From the NCBI GenBank assembly GCA_051294375.1, contig CM119263.1, positions 13,656,414 through 13,720,413 of the forward strand: a stretch of 64,000 nt of DNA, written 5' to 3'. This DNA is from Paraspadella gotoi (Eukaryota; Animalia; Chaetognatha). Shown here piece after piece: positions 42,722 to 53,697 of this stretch; the stretch's first letter is position 1, and each line of letters begins with the position of its first letter. The notes below the pieces were generated by a model that saw only the letters and a list, made by a program, of their open reading frames with translations, was not told the DNA's origin and did not search any database. Made by a program: the position numbers and the translations under genes.

Positions 42722-45700
42722 TTACAAACTCTCGTCACTCTCGCTTGTCTGCAACTGCATTTCCTCCTCCACACCGTCTAAAGCGGAGGCGACGCTTGGC
42801 GAAAACATCACGTCCAAAGGAGCAACGACAGGACTAACGTCGTCGTCATTGATCCCACCGATAGCGGGTGCCTGACCAACGGTGTCGTCGAGACCTGGTC
42901 GGGGATGGAACAGATCGACCGAAGAGATCACGTCCTCTTCCTCTTCCTCGTTGAGCAGAAAGCGCTCGACGGCTTCGTCATCATCTTCGGCTCCTACGGC
43001 ATCGATTGCCTCGTCGCGAAGCGAGTAACGGAAAACGCCCGAGCGGAGTTCGGGAGATTGCAGGTTGCGCATCGGGGTCACATCTTCGCCAACCGCTTCC
43101 GATTGGGAAAGGCTCATTCGACCAGGTAGTACGGAATCGTCCGTCAATGAACCGCCGGGACTGCTTTGGTTTGCTGGGTCGTCTTCATCCGTTATGTATC
43201 GTTTATCGATTGCTTCCTAAAATGGTTCGAATTTTAAATGGTGATCTACCAAAACGTGGACAAAAAAATGTACCAACCTTGATTTGGTTGTTGGCTCCTT
43301 TAGGATCCAGGTCCATTGCCCAAGAAAAATTCATCAGGGCTAGGTGAGTGTTACCAAGCTTCTTATTTACTTTTCCCATGAGAAAGTAAACGAGGCTCTC
43401 GCGGGGGACGAGCTGCCTCAACTCTTCTAGCTCCTTCAAGGCCTCTTGGTGCCGATCGGTGGAAAAGAGGATTGATGCCTTGTGAAATTTGCAGAGCGGG
43501 TTTTGAGGGTCATGGTGAATGGCTTTTTCTAGCGTGGCCAGGGCTAAAGAGGAATGCTGCGAAGAAAATGAAAAAATAACGTCTAACTGCGAAACAAATT
43601 AACAATTGCAATTTGAACGGCTTAAACTTACTTGAAGAGCATGCTGAACGACGCCGACATGGCACATGAGAACAGAACTTCCCGGATTAATTGAAAGAGC
43701 CTTCCTAAAATGCACTTCGGCCAGCGAATATTTTTCCTGTTTGTAGTAGATCATTCCGATACCGTACCATCCATTATAGTGCCTAAATAAAAGCAATGTT
43801 TTAGTACTGATAAAATTTTATAACTTAGCCAAAAAAGTCACCTCGCGTCTAATCTGACAGCATTTCTAAAACAGGCGATCGCCTTGTCCAACTCTTCAGT
43901 TAAGACGTATTCATGACCCAGTAAAGTGTACGCATACGTGAAAGCAGGGTCAACTTGAATTGCTCTTTGAAAAAAACGTATAGCGACGTCGTGTTCCTAG
44001 GATAAATGAAAAGTTTTATAATGAATTTATAATAGGATTTTATAATATGATTATGTTTAAAGGACCAAAGGTCACCTTTTGCAGGGAAAAACAATTTCCC
44101 GCGACGCACCACGACTGGGGACTTTTCTTATCCATGGAAACTAGCTCTTGAGCCAAAGTTGAAAGAGCTATCTCTTTTTGAAGGTGCCACAACGATGAGC
44201 TGTAAATCTCCATGCCCTGAAAATAAACATCGAGCAATCTTAGATATAGTTTATAGTTTTCAAATTTTTAAAAAATTTTAAACCTCAAGGTTATGCGGTG
44301 ATAGTCTGTGAGCTTCGGCGAATGCTCGGATGCTTTTGGTGTAATCCTCTAGTTCGAAGTGAGCTCTTCCGGCAAGAGAAAGAACCCAGTAAGTATCATA
44401 GTGGTGGCTAGGGAGCTGCTGAAGCAGCTGCAACGCTTTGGAACACTCGTACGTTGTCAAAGCAGAGTAGGCATTTCCTACAATGAATTTCAATATTATA
44501 AAATGTGCTGCATCAAGAAAATGGCGTTAAATAATTACCTAAGTCCTGTAAAAGATGCAGGAGCGCTTCAGCCATCGCAGTTTGCTTAGCTTGCAAGGTT
44601 TGCAAGTGCAACGTTTGCCCGCTTTGAAAATTTCCTCCCACAGCCGTGGTAATAGTTGTAGTTGTCAAATCTTGCGATTCCGGTTTAGCAAAATTTTCTC
44701 CTATAAAAAGGATTAAAATGTTTCGAAAATAGCCTAAGAAACTTGAAAAACATTCGTCAAAATTACCCGAAGAGCTGACGGTCGAGTTGGGCCGGGACAC
44801 TTTATTTCCGCTAATCTTTCCTTTCTTCCCGTTTTTCGGGGATGAAATCCGGTTGCTTGAGTTCTTCGTGTTTTCTTTGACTGAGTTGGAAGAAGCAAAT
44901 AGACGACTGCTTCGTCGCACATAGCTTTGTTGCTGTGGGTTCGACTGTAGAAGCAGTAATAATTATAATGTAATAGGTGGAGTATAGGACAATTTATTCT
45001 GCCACTTTCCCAGGACTATCAAATAATTCCGATCGCCGAGTTACACAAGATAGGTATTCAATGCTAAGACCTTAGGTTCAGAATATTACACATGACATAT
45101 TATGGGTAAATGAACTTATGTGAAAATTGATATATTGCATAATTCAGGTGCGTAAAAGCCAAATAACGTTTGTTCCCTTCCTGTGGGTTAAAAAATCAAT
45201 CAATTTTGCGTTTTTCATGAATAAATGCGGCTAATCGATTTTTAGCAAACTTGTATTTCATAAGGTTGGATACATGTTTAAGAAAGTAATAAATAATAAA
45301 AAAATTAATTGCGATAAAAAATTACCTGAAAATTACTATTGACACTATTGCTGCTGAAAACCGGAGGCTTGGAGCGAGTGTTAGCAGCGACACCCTTTCT
45401 TGACATCATTTTTTTGGAAGGAGCACGAGGATCTTGCAGACCAATGGGGTCAATTCCTAAATTAACAAATTAATAATTTCAAGATTCAAGAAATAAAAAA
45501 AGATTAAAAATGTGGCTATCCCACACTATCACGTAGGCTTTCAATTTGGATCAATCCCTAACCTTGCACTGGTGATGGGGTAATAAACATAAGCTCCGGT
45601 CCATGCTCCTCTGGGCCAACAAAATTAGGCTGAGGGGGTGTCTCAGCGATAGGTTCGATCCCGAAGGATGGAGTCATTGGTAGGTTGACGCTTGTCGACG

Positions 45701-46807
45701 TGCTCAAAAGGTTTCGTCCTAATGGAAAATGATTAAATTAGATAATCAAGGCAGTAAAAAAGTTAAAAATTGTTTTAATCAAAAAATTATCTATTCTAAT
45801 AACTGTCAAATCCCTAGTGTAGACTGCGAGACTGTTAGTATGCAAATGTATAAATTCAAATGAGAAATAATAAAACGGCAAAAAATATCACTACCACATA
45901 GCATATTACAAAAAAATTGCTACTAATTCTAACGCACTAAATCACATCGACTGGCTTAATCATAACCCAAACCTGTTTTGGAGCCGGCCCGACCCTTAAT
46001 TGGGATTGTTGGAGGTTTGGCAGTACATGGAGAGGCGGCCATTTCTCGAAATCCTTGGTTACAAGGCGTTGTCGTCACAGTAGCGGGCGATGGTGTCAAA
46101 TTCGTTATAAGGTTCATAACAGGCGACTGGACGGCCGAAGTCATCGTTACCGGAGTAGGAGGCAGCATCGGTCGAGGGGCTGTTTTTTCATGTGCCGGAT
46201 TAGCAAGGCCGATGCTCGATATCTGGCTTCCATGATTCTGATTGACGGCATTGAAGACGTGCAGGTTAATTTGTCGTGTCAATTCCGGGGTCAGAGAAAA
46301 AACTTTTGAGGCGTCTAATTTTTCTCCCAAATCACACAGCTTTTCGTAGGACGACCACTGGAATGGATCGAGTTTAAGGCTTTTCTGGAAGTAGTCTGTT
46401 GCCTTGGAGGATCGTTCCGTTCTCGAACAGACGAGGCCAAGCAGGTGGAACACGTTAGAAGCGCACTCGGGAAACTCACCGACTAAGAGATTCTCCGAGT
46501 TGGCGCCACCTAACTGCAGCGACGCAGTGTGAAGCAAAGCATTTTCACACTCGGCGAACTTTTCCAACTCATAACACGTTCGCGCGAAAAGAAAGCGACA
46601 TTTGGTTGTTTTTAGGCCGCGAGACTTGAGAAGGTGATACGCTTGAAGGTATTGCCCGGCGCGAAACTGGCAGTTTGCCAAAAGCCAAACGGCTTCTTCT
46701 GATTTCTTCTCCGCCAAATTACGGTAAGCGAGGAAGATGGCATCATGATAGTTAAAATATTCAAGGGCATGCCATATGGCTTGTTCCAACGGTTCTTTCA
46801 AAATCAT
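42722..46807 (-). CDS. CDC27: Cell division cycle 27 / APC3, TPR subunit of the anaphase-promoting complex (~958 aa; exons 46807-45973, 45718-45563, 45456-45326, 44944-44767, 44700-44539, 44477-44284, 44216-44076, 43996-43842, 43782-43632, 43556-43278, 43216-42722)
   Basis: N-terminus MILKEPLEQAIWHALEYFNYHDAIFLA; internal TPSFGI and RRSSRLF; TPR block GMEIYSSSLWHLQKE...AYTLLGHEYVLTEELDKAIACFRNA...RHYNGWYGIG...HLALMNFSWAMDLDPKGANNQIK; C-terminus ESDESL. All splice phases are consistent (2877 nt total). Confidence 0.97.
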
Positions 46808-47450
46808 GATCAAATGTTTCGAAGTTATGACTAGACAGCAGCAAGATTCAACCTATCTGAAAATTTAAAACTGCAGACTTAACATGCTAAAGAAAACAGT
46901 CAAAATATAGAAATATTGCTTTGTGGGAAAGAGTATTGGGTAAAAACTGTAAATTCATTAAATCACTCATTTTTAATTGTTGAAATTTTTAAGTTTTTAA
47001 AAAAATATTTCAACTAACAAATTTAGACTTGCTCTCTCGAGTAAATTTTAAATATTCGAAAAGAGCATTCAACGTTTAGTCGCATTTTATTTAAAATTAT
47101 CTTAAATTTATCTAAATCAGAGGAATAAACATTTTCGAGAGCTCTAACAATATTTTAAGTAGTTTGCTTCTCCATCATCCATGACCATGGTCTTACGTTT
47201 TGGTGCGCTTTGAGGCCAATGGTACAATTTCAATTGCCAATCAACGTTTTTTACTATTCAGATTTTACAGTAAACCACGGAAAAAGATTTTTATTCCTCG
47301 GAAAGATCTTTTTTCTGAATGGAAAAAGGAGACAGATTACAGAAGCTTTTTGGAAAGAGAAAAGTAAAAAAAGCAATTTAAATATCTTCGAAAATCAAAG
47401 CTAATGCGATTGTTACGATTTTAGTCAAAATGGTTACCGCGAGTTATATA

Positions 47451-48433
47451 CACTCTTAGAACCCGCCGGTCCGTTACTCCAGTTAACAACAGAGGCATTA
47501 AATGTAAGAAAATTATTACAAGGAAGATGCTGATAAATAAAGTTTACTTAGTTTTATTTGACAGAAATCTATAAAGGATGCCCGAAATTATAATGATAAT
47601 AATAATGAAAGCCCGGATGTGCTGTACGAGAGTCTGTTTAGTGTTGAGGACGAACCGCAGAGTTTTGAACGCAATCAACGGAGAATGAGAATTAATATGT
47701 CTGCTGCCTAGTCACTGGCTGTCGACCCTCGGCTCGCTCCTTGCCCAATTGCAAACAACTCCACGAAAATCTCGAAAGATGGCGATTCATACACACAGCT
47801 TTCCTCTCAACAAGTAAACAAACGAGCCTTATCTCTTTGGACAAGGAAAAAAAAATGCTTTTGTCAAAAATTTTGACAGTATAATTTTAATTCTGATTCA
47901 TTCTTGGCACTCTCGACGGCATTCCTGGCGATTAATACGCTCCAGAGAATTATAGGAAAACGAAGAGCAAGCTTTTTCGTTGAATCTCGCGAACATATGT
48001 TATATCGTGATATCTGAGTTTTGACTTCGTCACAAGGTTTATCGTTTTGGATCATTTCATCATTCGTGCTTACGTCGTTCGTACTATTCAGTCTTTTCGT
48101 TGAGTTTCAATATTTTTAGTATATTCAATCGTTTCTGAATTTATACTGATTTTTCTTTCTTTGAGTGTGTAAATATTGATTTTGATGATTACTGTTTATT
48201 GTACTGTTTGAATATCTATATGCTTTGATTATTTTATTAATTTAAGGTACCCTTTTTAAACTTTTCATAAACTCAAAGAGAAATAAAGATTATTTTATCG
48301 TTGATCTGCTCAAGCCACCAAATCATGCTTTTGAAGCATTCTGGACTATACCGAAGCATCTCGCCGTGTGGTGGAGTTTCCTCCAATATTCTCCAGGGCG
48401 TTTTAGGACGACGGACCGGCGGGTCCTAACACA
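47451..48433. mobile_element. Degenerate TIR DNA transposon, piggyBac-like relic (~1 kb)
   Basis: Inverted repeats TTAGAACCCGCCGGTCCGT (47456-74) and ACGGACCGGCGGGTCCTAA (48411-29) match at 18/19. TTAA lies just outside the right end (48434-37), TATA at the left. An acidic coding-like remnant (NDNNNESPDVLYESLFSVEDEP) lies near the left end. Confidence 0.55.
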
Positions 48434-48787
48434 TTAAATTGTTTTTTTTTTCCCTTTCTAAAAAATAAAAGGTTTTAATTTTAATATTGACCAATTGCCA
48501 TAACATTCAAATTCATCATTATTTTTTGAATTTGCATTATTTTATTTTTTGAACTTGCATTATTTTTATTTTTGAACTTGCATTATTTATTTTTTGAACT
48601 TGCATTATTTTATTTTTTGAACTTGCATTATTTTATTTTTTGAACTTGCATTATTTTATTTTTTAAACTTGCATTATTTTATTTTTTGAACTTTGCATTA
48701 TTTTATTTTTTGAACTTGCATTATTTTATTTTTTTGAACTTGCATTATTTTATTTTTGAACTTGCATTATTTTATTTTTGAACTTGC

Positions 48788-49022
48788 TATGGTGGACTAA
48801 AATCCGCCAAACCGTTCATCAGCGGCCATTGGTGCCGAAGGCAGTCATTCGCCTCCCAACCCAAAGGTCCCGGGGTTCTAGCCCGGTGGTCGTCTGGCAG
48901 TTAAGAGGGACGGGGCGCTTAACCCGCCTGTAACATGGTGTTACAGCCTGATCCGAAGCTCAGGGACTGATTATATTGAACGGTTCTGTCATTAACACAT
49001 ATCAATAATTACTGTCTCTTCA
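48788..49022 (+). mobile_element. tRNA-derived SINE-like element carrying a twister ribozyme, inserted in a minisatellite unit
   Basis: GC-rich 235-bp block interrupting an AT-rich tandem array, with TTGC on both sides (48784-87, 49023-26). tRNA-like head 48822-48893: acceptor-like GCGGCCA/TGGTCGT, A-box-like TGGTGCCGAAGG, T arm CCGGG-GTTCTAG-CCCGG (B box), residual anticodon loop CTCCCAA with a broken stem. Confidence 0.7.
48898..48969 (+). ncRNA. Twister ribozyme, circularly permuted P5 type (predicted cleavage U48920|A48921)
   Basis: P5 CAGUU(48898-902)/GACUG(48965-969); P2 strand GAGG then core G-A-C-G-G (48909-913); minimal P1 hairpin; UAA at 48920-922; CCC then GCC; P3 UGUAACA/UGUUACA; P4 CCUGA/UCAGG closing loop UCCGAAGC. 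Pseudoknot T1: CG 48954-55 with CG 48911-12. Pseudoknot T2: GC 48926-27 with GC 48958-59. P2 has 3 bp plus a bulged A. Confidence 0.78.
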
Positions 49023-49897
49023 TTGCATTATTTTATTTTTTGAACTTGCATTATTTTATTTTTTGAATTTACATTATTTTATTTTTTGAACTTGTATTAT
49101 TTTATTTTTTGAACTTGTATTATTTTATTTTTTGGACTTTTATTATTTTATTTTTTGGACTTTTATTATTTTATTTTTTGGACTTTTATTATTTTATTTT
49201 TTGGACTTGCATTATTTTTGATATAGACATCTGCCGGGCAGAAATGGGATCCAGGACCAGGCAACATGCTTCCTTCTTTGGGTTAGGCTTTCGAGTAGAG
49301 GGCCGGAGTGGATTTTGTTTCGAATCCGGTATTGTCGGCTTCCCTTCCCCTTCCCTTCCCATGGTTGTTTTGGCAGTGCGGTGAATGAGAATGAGCCATT
49401 GAGCCAGTTTGGGAGGAGAGAGAGTCGCTAATTAGGCGAGTTTTATTGATGGGATCAAAAACTAAGGATATTCTTTATTAAGTACTATTTCGTTTTGATG
49501 AAAAATAAGCGATAGAAATAGACTTAATAATAGTAATAGTTTAATAGTTTAACGAGTCCGAACTGGTTAAAGAAGGTCCAAGCAGGTTAGTCCTTGTTAA
49601 AACCCATCTGATTTAACTGTTTATTATTATTATTGAGATTTTAGAGAAAACGGGGGTAACTTTACTATTCGACGGCCGCAACCAACCTTGGCTACCGGTC
49701 GGTGGTTTGTTAATCTATTGAATTTTGTTTTCCTTCTAGAGTCGTCTGTTTGCGCAGTAATACAAACTTTTTTTCTTAATATCAAAATGTATACTATTTG
49801 AAAAAAAATGTTTCAAGACTCAGATTTTCGAGTTTTCGTTTAATCAAATAAATCTTAATATTATTTTTAGGTTTTAATGTAATCTGGAGTTGACATC

Positions 49898-52800
49898 ATG
49901 GCTTTCAACTTCAAAACATTTTCGAACGTTACTAAACTTTCATATTTATTATCACCGCATGGGCACATATTTCCGAAAAGGGTTAAGCTTAATGAGCAGT
50001 TCTTTCGAAATGAAAGTAGTACAAAACTTACTACGCATTATACGATACATCCAAGAGATAAGGATCCAAGATGGGCTGATGTTGATATGACTCGGTAAGG
50101 GTTTACCCATAACGTCTTAAAATTTTGAGAACATACCCATTTATAACCCAATATTATCTATTTTAGGTTTGAAGATGTGGCCGACGTTGTCATTGTTGGA
50201 GGAGGACCGTCTGGACTTTCAGCATCAATTCGCTTAGCTCAGTTGGCTCAAGAACATGAGAAAGAGCTACGAATTATATTATTAGAAAAAGGGCCATATA
50301 TCGGCGCTCACACCCTTTCTGGGGCTTGCATTGAAACGAAAGCTTTGGATGAACTTATTCCAGATTGGAAAGAAAAAGACGCACCTCTAGATACACCAGT
50401 CACTGAAGACAAATTTTATATTCTGACTAGGAAATGGCGGATACCGCTTCCAATTCTGAAATTCTTTCCTATGTACAATCACGGGAATTACATCGTAAGG
50501 TTAGGCAAATTTGTTGAATGGCTTGGTGCACAGGCTGAAGAGCTTGGAGTTGAAGTATATCCTGGTTTTGCGGCGTCTGAAATTTTATACAACAGTGACG
50601 GTAGCGTAAAAGGTAATAAAGAAAACTTTTTATAAAGATTATTTTTTATAATGATTATTTATTTTAGGGGTTGCCACCAATGATGTGGGCATTCGCAAGG
50701 ATGGATCTCCTTCAGAAAATTTCGAAAGAGGAATGGAATTTCATGCAAAACACACAATATTTAGCGAAGGATGCCACGGTCATCTTACCAAGCAACTTTT
50801 TGAAAAATTTAATTTGCGTAAAAAGTGTTCGCCTCAATCTTATGGCATTGGACTGAAGGTAAGTTTAGGATAAGGATGTTTAGGATTATTTAAAATATAA
50901 TTAGACTTGCTTATCTTAATATTTAAGGAAGTTTGGAAAATTCCTAAAGAAAAGCATCATCCAGGGAAAATTGAGCACACAATTGGATGGCCGCTTGACA
51001 TACATACCTACGGAGGTTCATTTTTGTATCATCTTCAAGAAGACGAACCAATTATTGCCATCGGATTTGTCGTTGGACTCGATTATACAAATCCATATAT
51101 GAGCCCTTATCGTGAATTTCAGAGATTCAAGCATCATCCTTCAATTGCTAAAATTTTAGAAGGAGGTTTGTGCTTTCAGAAATATTAATACATGGTGACT
51201 ATTTTACCAGCAGATCCCGACTCTATAATTCACTTTGTCGGTCCGCCGGTTCGCCCCCTCAATATTGTCGGGCAATCACTTACATCATGTCAGAACATCG
51301 AATTATGATAAATTATGCAAAAAAAATGTCCGTCCGTCTGTCTGTCCATCCGTCCGTCCCACCTTAGCAAAATGCTCCAATAACTCGTGATTGGGTGGTT
51401 GGATTGAATGAAATTTTGTGTGTGGGTAGGAACGTGTGTGATGAAGCTGGATATAAAGTTTCGATGGAATCGTGCGAGTGGAAATAAGTTTAAATGGAAA
51501 AAACATAAGTCGCATTTACTAAAATCTTTTTACTTATTTTAACAAGTAATTATTCTAATTAATCATAATTGGATGGATAGATTGAGTTGAAATTTTGTGT
51601 GGGTAGGAAAGTGTGTGAAGAAGCTAGATATAAAGTTTGACGGAATCGTGCCAGTGGAAATGAGTTTAAATGGAAAAAACATAAGTCACATTTACTTGAA
51701 TCTTTATTATTTATGATTACTAATAAATGTTTTAATTAATTAATTAATGTGAAAAAATTCAGAATTCGGAATGCGGGTTCCGCCTTGTATGCACATCAAG
51801 TAATGTTTTTCAAAGTTAACTATCATTTACTTTGCACAATTTGTAATTTTTTTCAGCATAAAAAAAGCATTTTAAAATTATTTTAATATATAATGAATGA
51901 TAAAGTTGAACATATTTTATAATATAAGAACAATTAGGGGCAAGCTAAAATTTTACTATTTTTATCTCCGTTTTTTTTTTCGCCGAAACGCATTTTTTAT
52001 TGCTTGTTTGAATGAGCTATCTAATGCTGTAATAAATTATAATTAAAACTTTTTATAAGCATCATAAGTTATATGCTATGTCATCCAATATCCCTCTTTT
52101 GGCTTTTTCAATGTAGGAGAACGAGTTGGCTATGGAGCACGAGCGCTTAACGAAGGCGGATTTCAGTCCATACCCAAGCTGTCTTTTCCTGGCGGGAGTC
52201 TTATTGGTTGTGCCCCAGGATTTTTGAATGTACCTAAAATTAAAGGAACCCACACGGCAATGAAGTCAGGAATAGTTGCTGCCGAGACAATATTCAAAGC
52301 TTTGACTGATGAGAGTAGAACCAACAACACGGAAGGAGTTTTTGTGCCTGGTAAAATAATAAAATTGTTTTTAGCCGGATCTGCATATTGCAGATTCCGG
52401 CTATACGATTCACTTTGTCTGTCCGTCGATCGGTAAGTTACTTAAAATATTAAATTATGCAAAAAACCGATGTCCGTCTGTCTGTCCGTCCCAACCCAGC
52501 TTTAAGTTATAATCAACCATCGCTGTTTTTTTTTCAAAGAGTACGAAGAAAAACTGAAGAAGAGTTGGGTCTGGTCCGAACTGATGGCAGTGAGAAACGT
52601 GCGTCCATCTTTCCACAACCCTTTGGGGATGTGGGGTGGCCTGTTATACACAGGGTTATTTTACATTATCGGAAGAGGAAAGGAGCCTTGGACCTTATCC
52701 CATGGAAAACCTGATTACGAACGACTCAAGCCGGCCAGGGAGAGCATTCCCATCGAGTATCCAAAACCTGATGGGAAATTAAGCTTCGAATTGTTAGGTA

Positions 52801-53163
52801 TATCAATTATCCACGTACTTTTAGGACTATTTGGGCGTTGTACCTTAAAACTTTAGATCCTGACTAGATTCCGTTGGCCTTACGGCAACCAACCACAATC
52901 ATGATCAGCCTGCTCACCTAACACTGAAGAATGATGATATTCCTTTGCTACATAATTTTCCCGATTTTGACGGACCTGAGGGTCGCTTTTGTCCGGCCGG
53001 AGTTTACGAATTCGTTCCGGATGAACAGGGCGATGGCGTTCGTCTTCAGATAAACGCTCAAAATTGCATCCATTGCAAAACCTGTGATATTAAATGTCCT
53101 TCACAAAATATCAACTGGGTTTGCCCTCAAGGGGGCGAAGGCCCCAGTTATTCGGGCATGTGA
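49898..53163 (+). CDS. ETFDH: Electron transfer flavoprotein-ubiquinone oxidoreductase, mitochondrial (~619 aa; exons 49898-50094, 50167-50612, 50668-50858, 50928-51165, 52117-52350, 52540-52797, 52868-53163)
   Basis: [15 protein letters not shown]; FAD-binding [11 protein letters not shown]; GAHTLSGAC; [13 protein letters not shown]; [15 protein letters not shown]; 4Fe-4S motif RFCPAGVYE...[19 protein letters not shown]...[10 protein letters not shown]. Phases are consistent (1860 nt). Confidence 0.98.
51201..51789 (+). mobile_element. HINE/DINE-1-like non-autonomous Helentron in ETFDH intron 4
   Basis: T-rich start, CTCTATAATTCACTTTGTCGGTCCG, (GTCY)n tract, ~150-bp internal duplication (51390-51540 vs 51570-51710), 3' hairpin GCGG-GTT-CCGC. 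Shares motifs with copies at 17.7, 26.2 and 52.4 kb. Confidence 0.6.
52367..52500 (+). mobile_element. Truncated HINE/DINE-1-like copy in ETFDH intron 5
   Basis: 5' palindrome AGCCGGATCTGCA-TAT-TGCAGATTCCGGCT, then ATTCACTTTGTCTGTCCG and AAATTATGCAAAAAA..GTCCGTCTGTCTGTCC, shared with the 51.2-kb copy. Confidence 0.6.
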
Positions 53164-53237
53164 TGCTATGTGATCTTCTGATTATTACACAACAGGTGAA
53201 GATGTGTATACTAGAGCGTAGTGAAAGTCATGTATGA

Positions 53238-53256
53238 AATAAAGATACAAATAAAC
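53238..53256 (+). terminator. Candidate ETFDH polyadenylation signal
   Basis: AATAAA at 53238 and ~53249, 75-90 nt after TGA. Confidence 0.45.
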
Positions 53257-53281
53257 ATTAATTCATAAAAAATAAAATTTC

Positions 53282-53492
53282 AAATTTTTGTAGTAGGCTA
53301 TATATTTACATACTATATTTCATATATAAAAAAAAAATTTTAACCTTAAAATATCTTAAAGAATTTTTTAAAACTTTTAAAATTTTTTTAAACTTATATT
53401 TCTTTTTATCAACTTTTTATCAACAATTTATATTTGCAAAAAAATTTAAATTTTTATAATTTATATTTAAATATAGCCTAATGCGAAAATTT
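53282..53492. mobile_element. Small AT-rich MITE-like inverted repeat
   Basis: AAATTTTTGTAGTAGGCTATATATTTA versus the reverse complement of TAAATATAGCCTAATGCGAAAATTT. Confidence 0.4.
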
Positions 53493-53697
53493 TTATATAA
53501 ATTTTATACCTTAATGTTCATTATTAGTATGTTGTTCATTCCTCAATTTTAGAATTTTTACCCCGCTTTAGTGTATACTGCTGTGGAAGGAAGCATTATA
53601 ATAGTTACTATTTAATTCTGGAGATATCAAAATTTTATTGAAATGCACTTTCAAGAAAATTTTCGTCTTTAAGTTGCAGGTAAGCAATTTTTATATA

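Larger units (their letters stand above)
48521..49220 (+). repeat. AT-rich minisatellite, ~22-23 bp unit TTTTTGAACTTGCATTATTTTA, about 20 copies
   Basis: Directly visible tandem units on both sides of the 48788-49022 insertion; distal units drift to TTTTTGGACTTTTATTATTTTA. Confidence 0.95.

Noticed and set aside
42684-46309. Plus-strand ORFs antisense to CDC27, and alternative-frame or antisense ORFs over the FGF exons
   Set aside because: Shadows of GC-rich coding sequence with no independent support.
48822-48893. Functional tRNA-Gly(CCC) gene
   Set aside because: The anticodon stem does not pair, the D and T arms are irregular, and it lies within an inserted element; treated as a SINE head.
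48947-48990. Hammerhead ribozyme (CTGAT...GAA)
   Set aside because: It lacks the CUGANGA and GAAA cores; the twister fold explains the sequence better.
48521-49220. CRISPR-like appearance of the 22-bp repeats
   Set aside because: Units are directly adjacent without unique spacers, the context is eukaryotic, and there are no cas genes.
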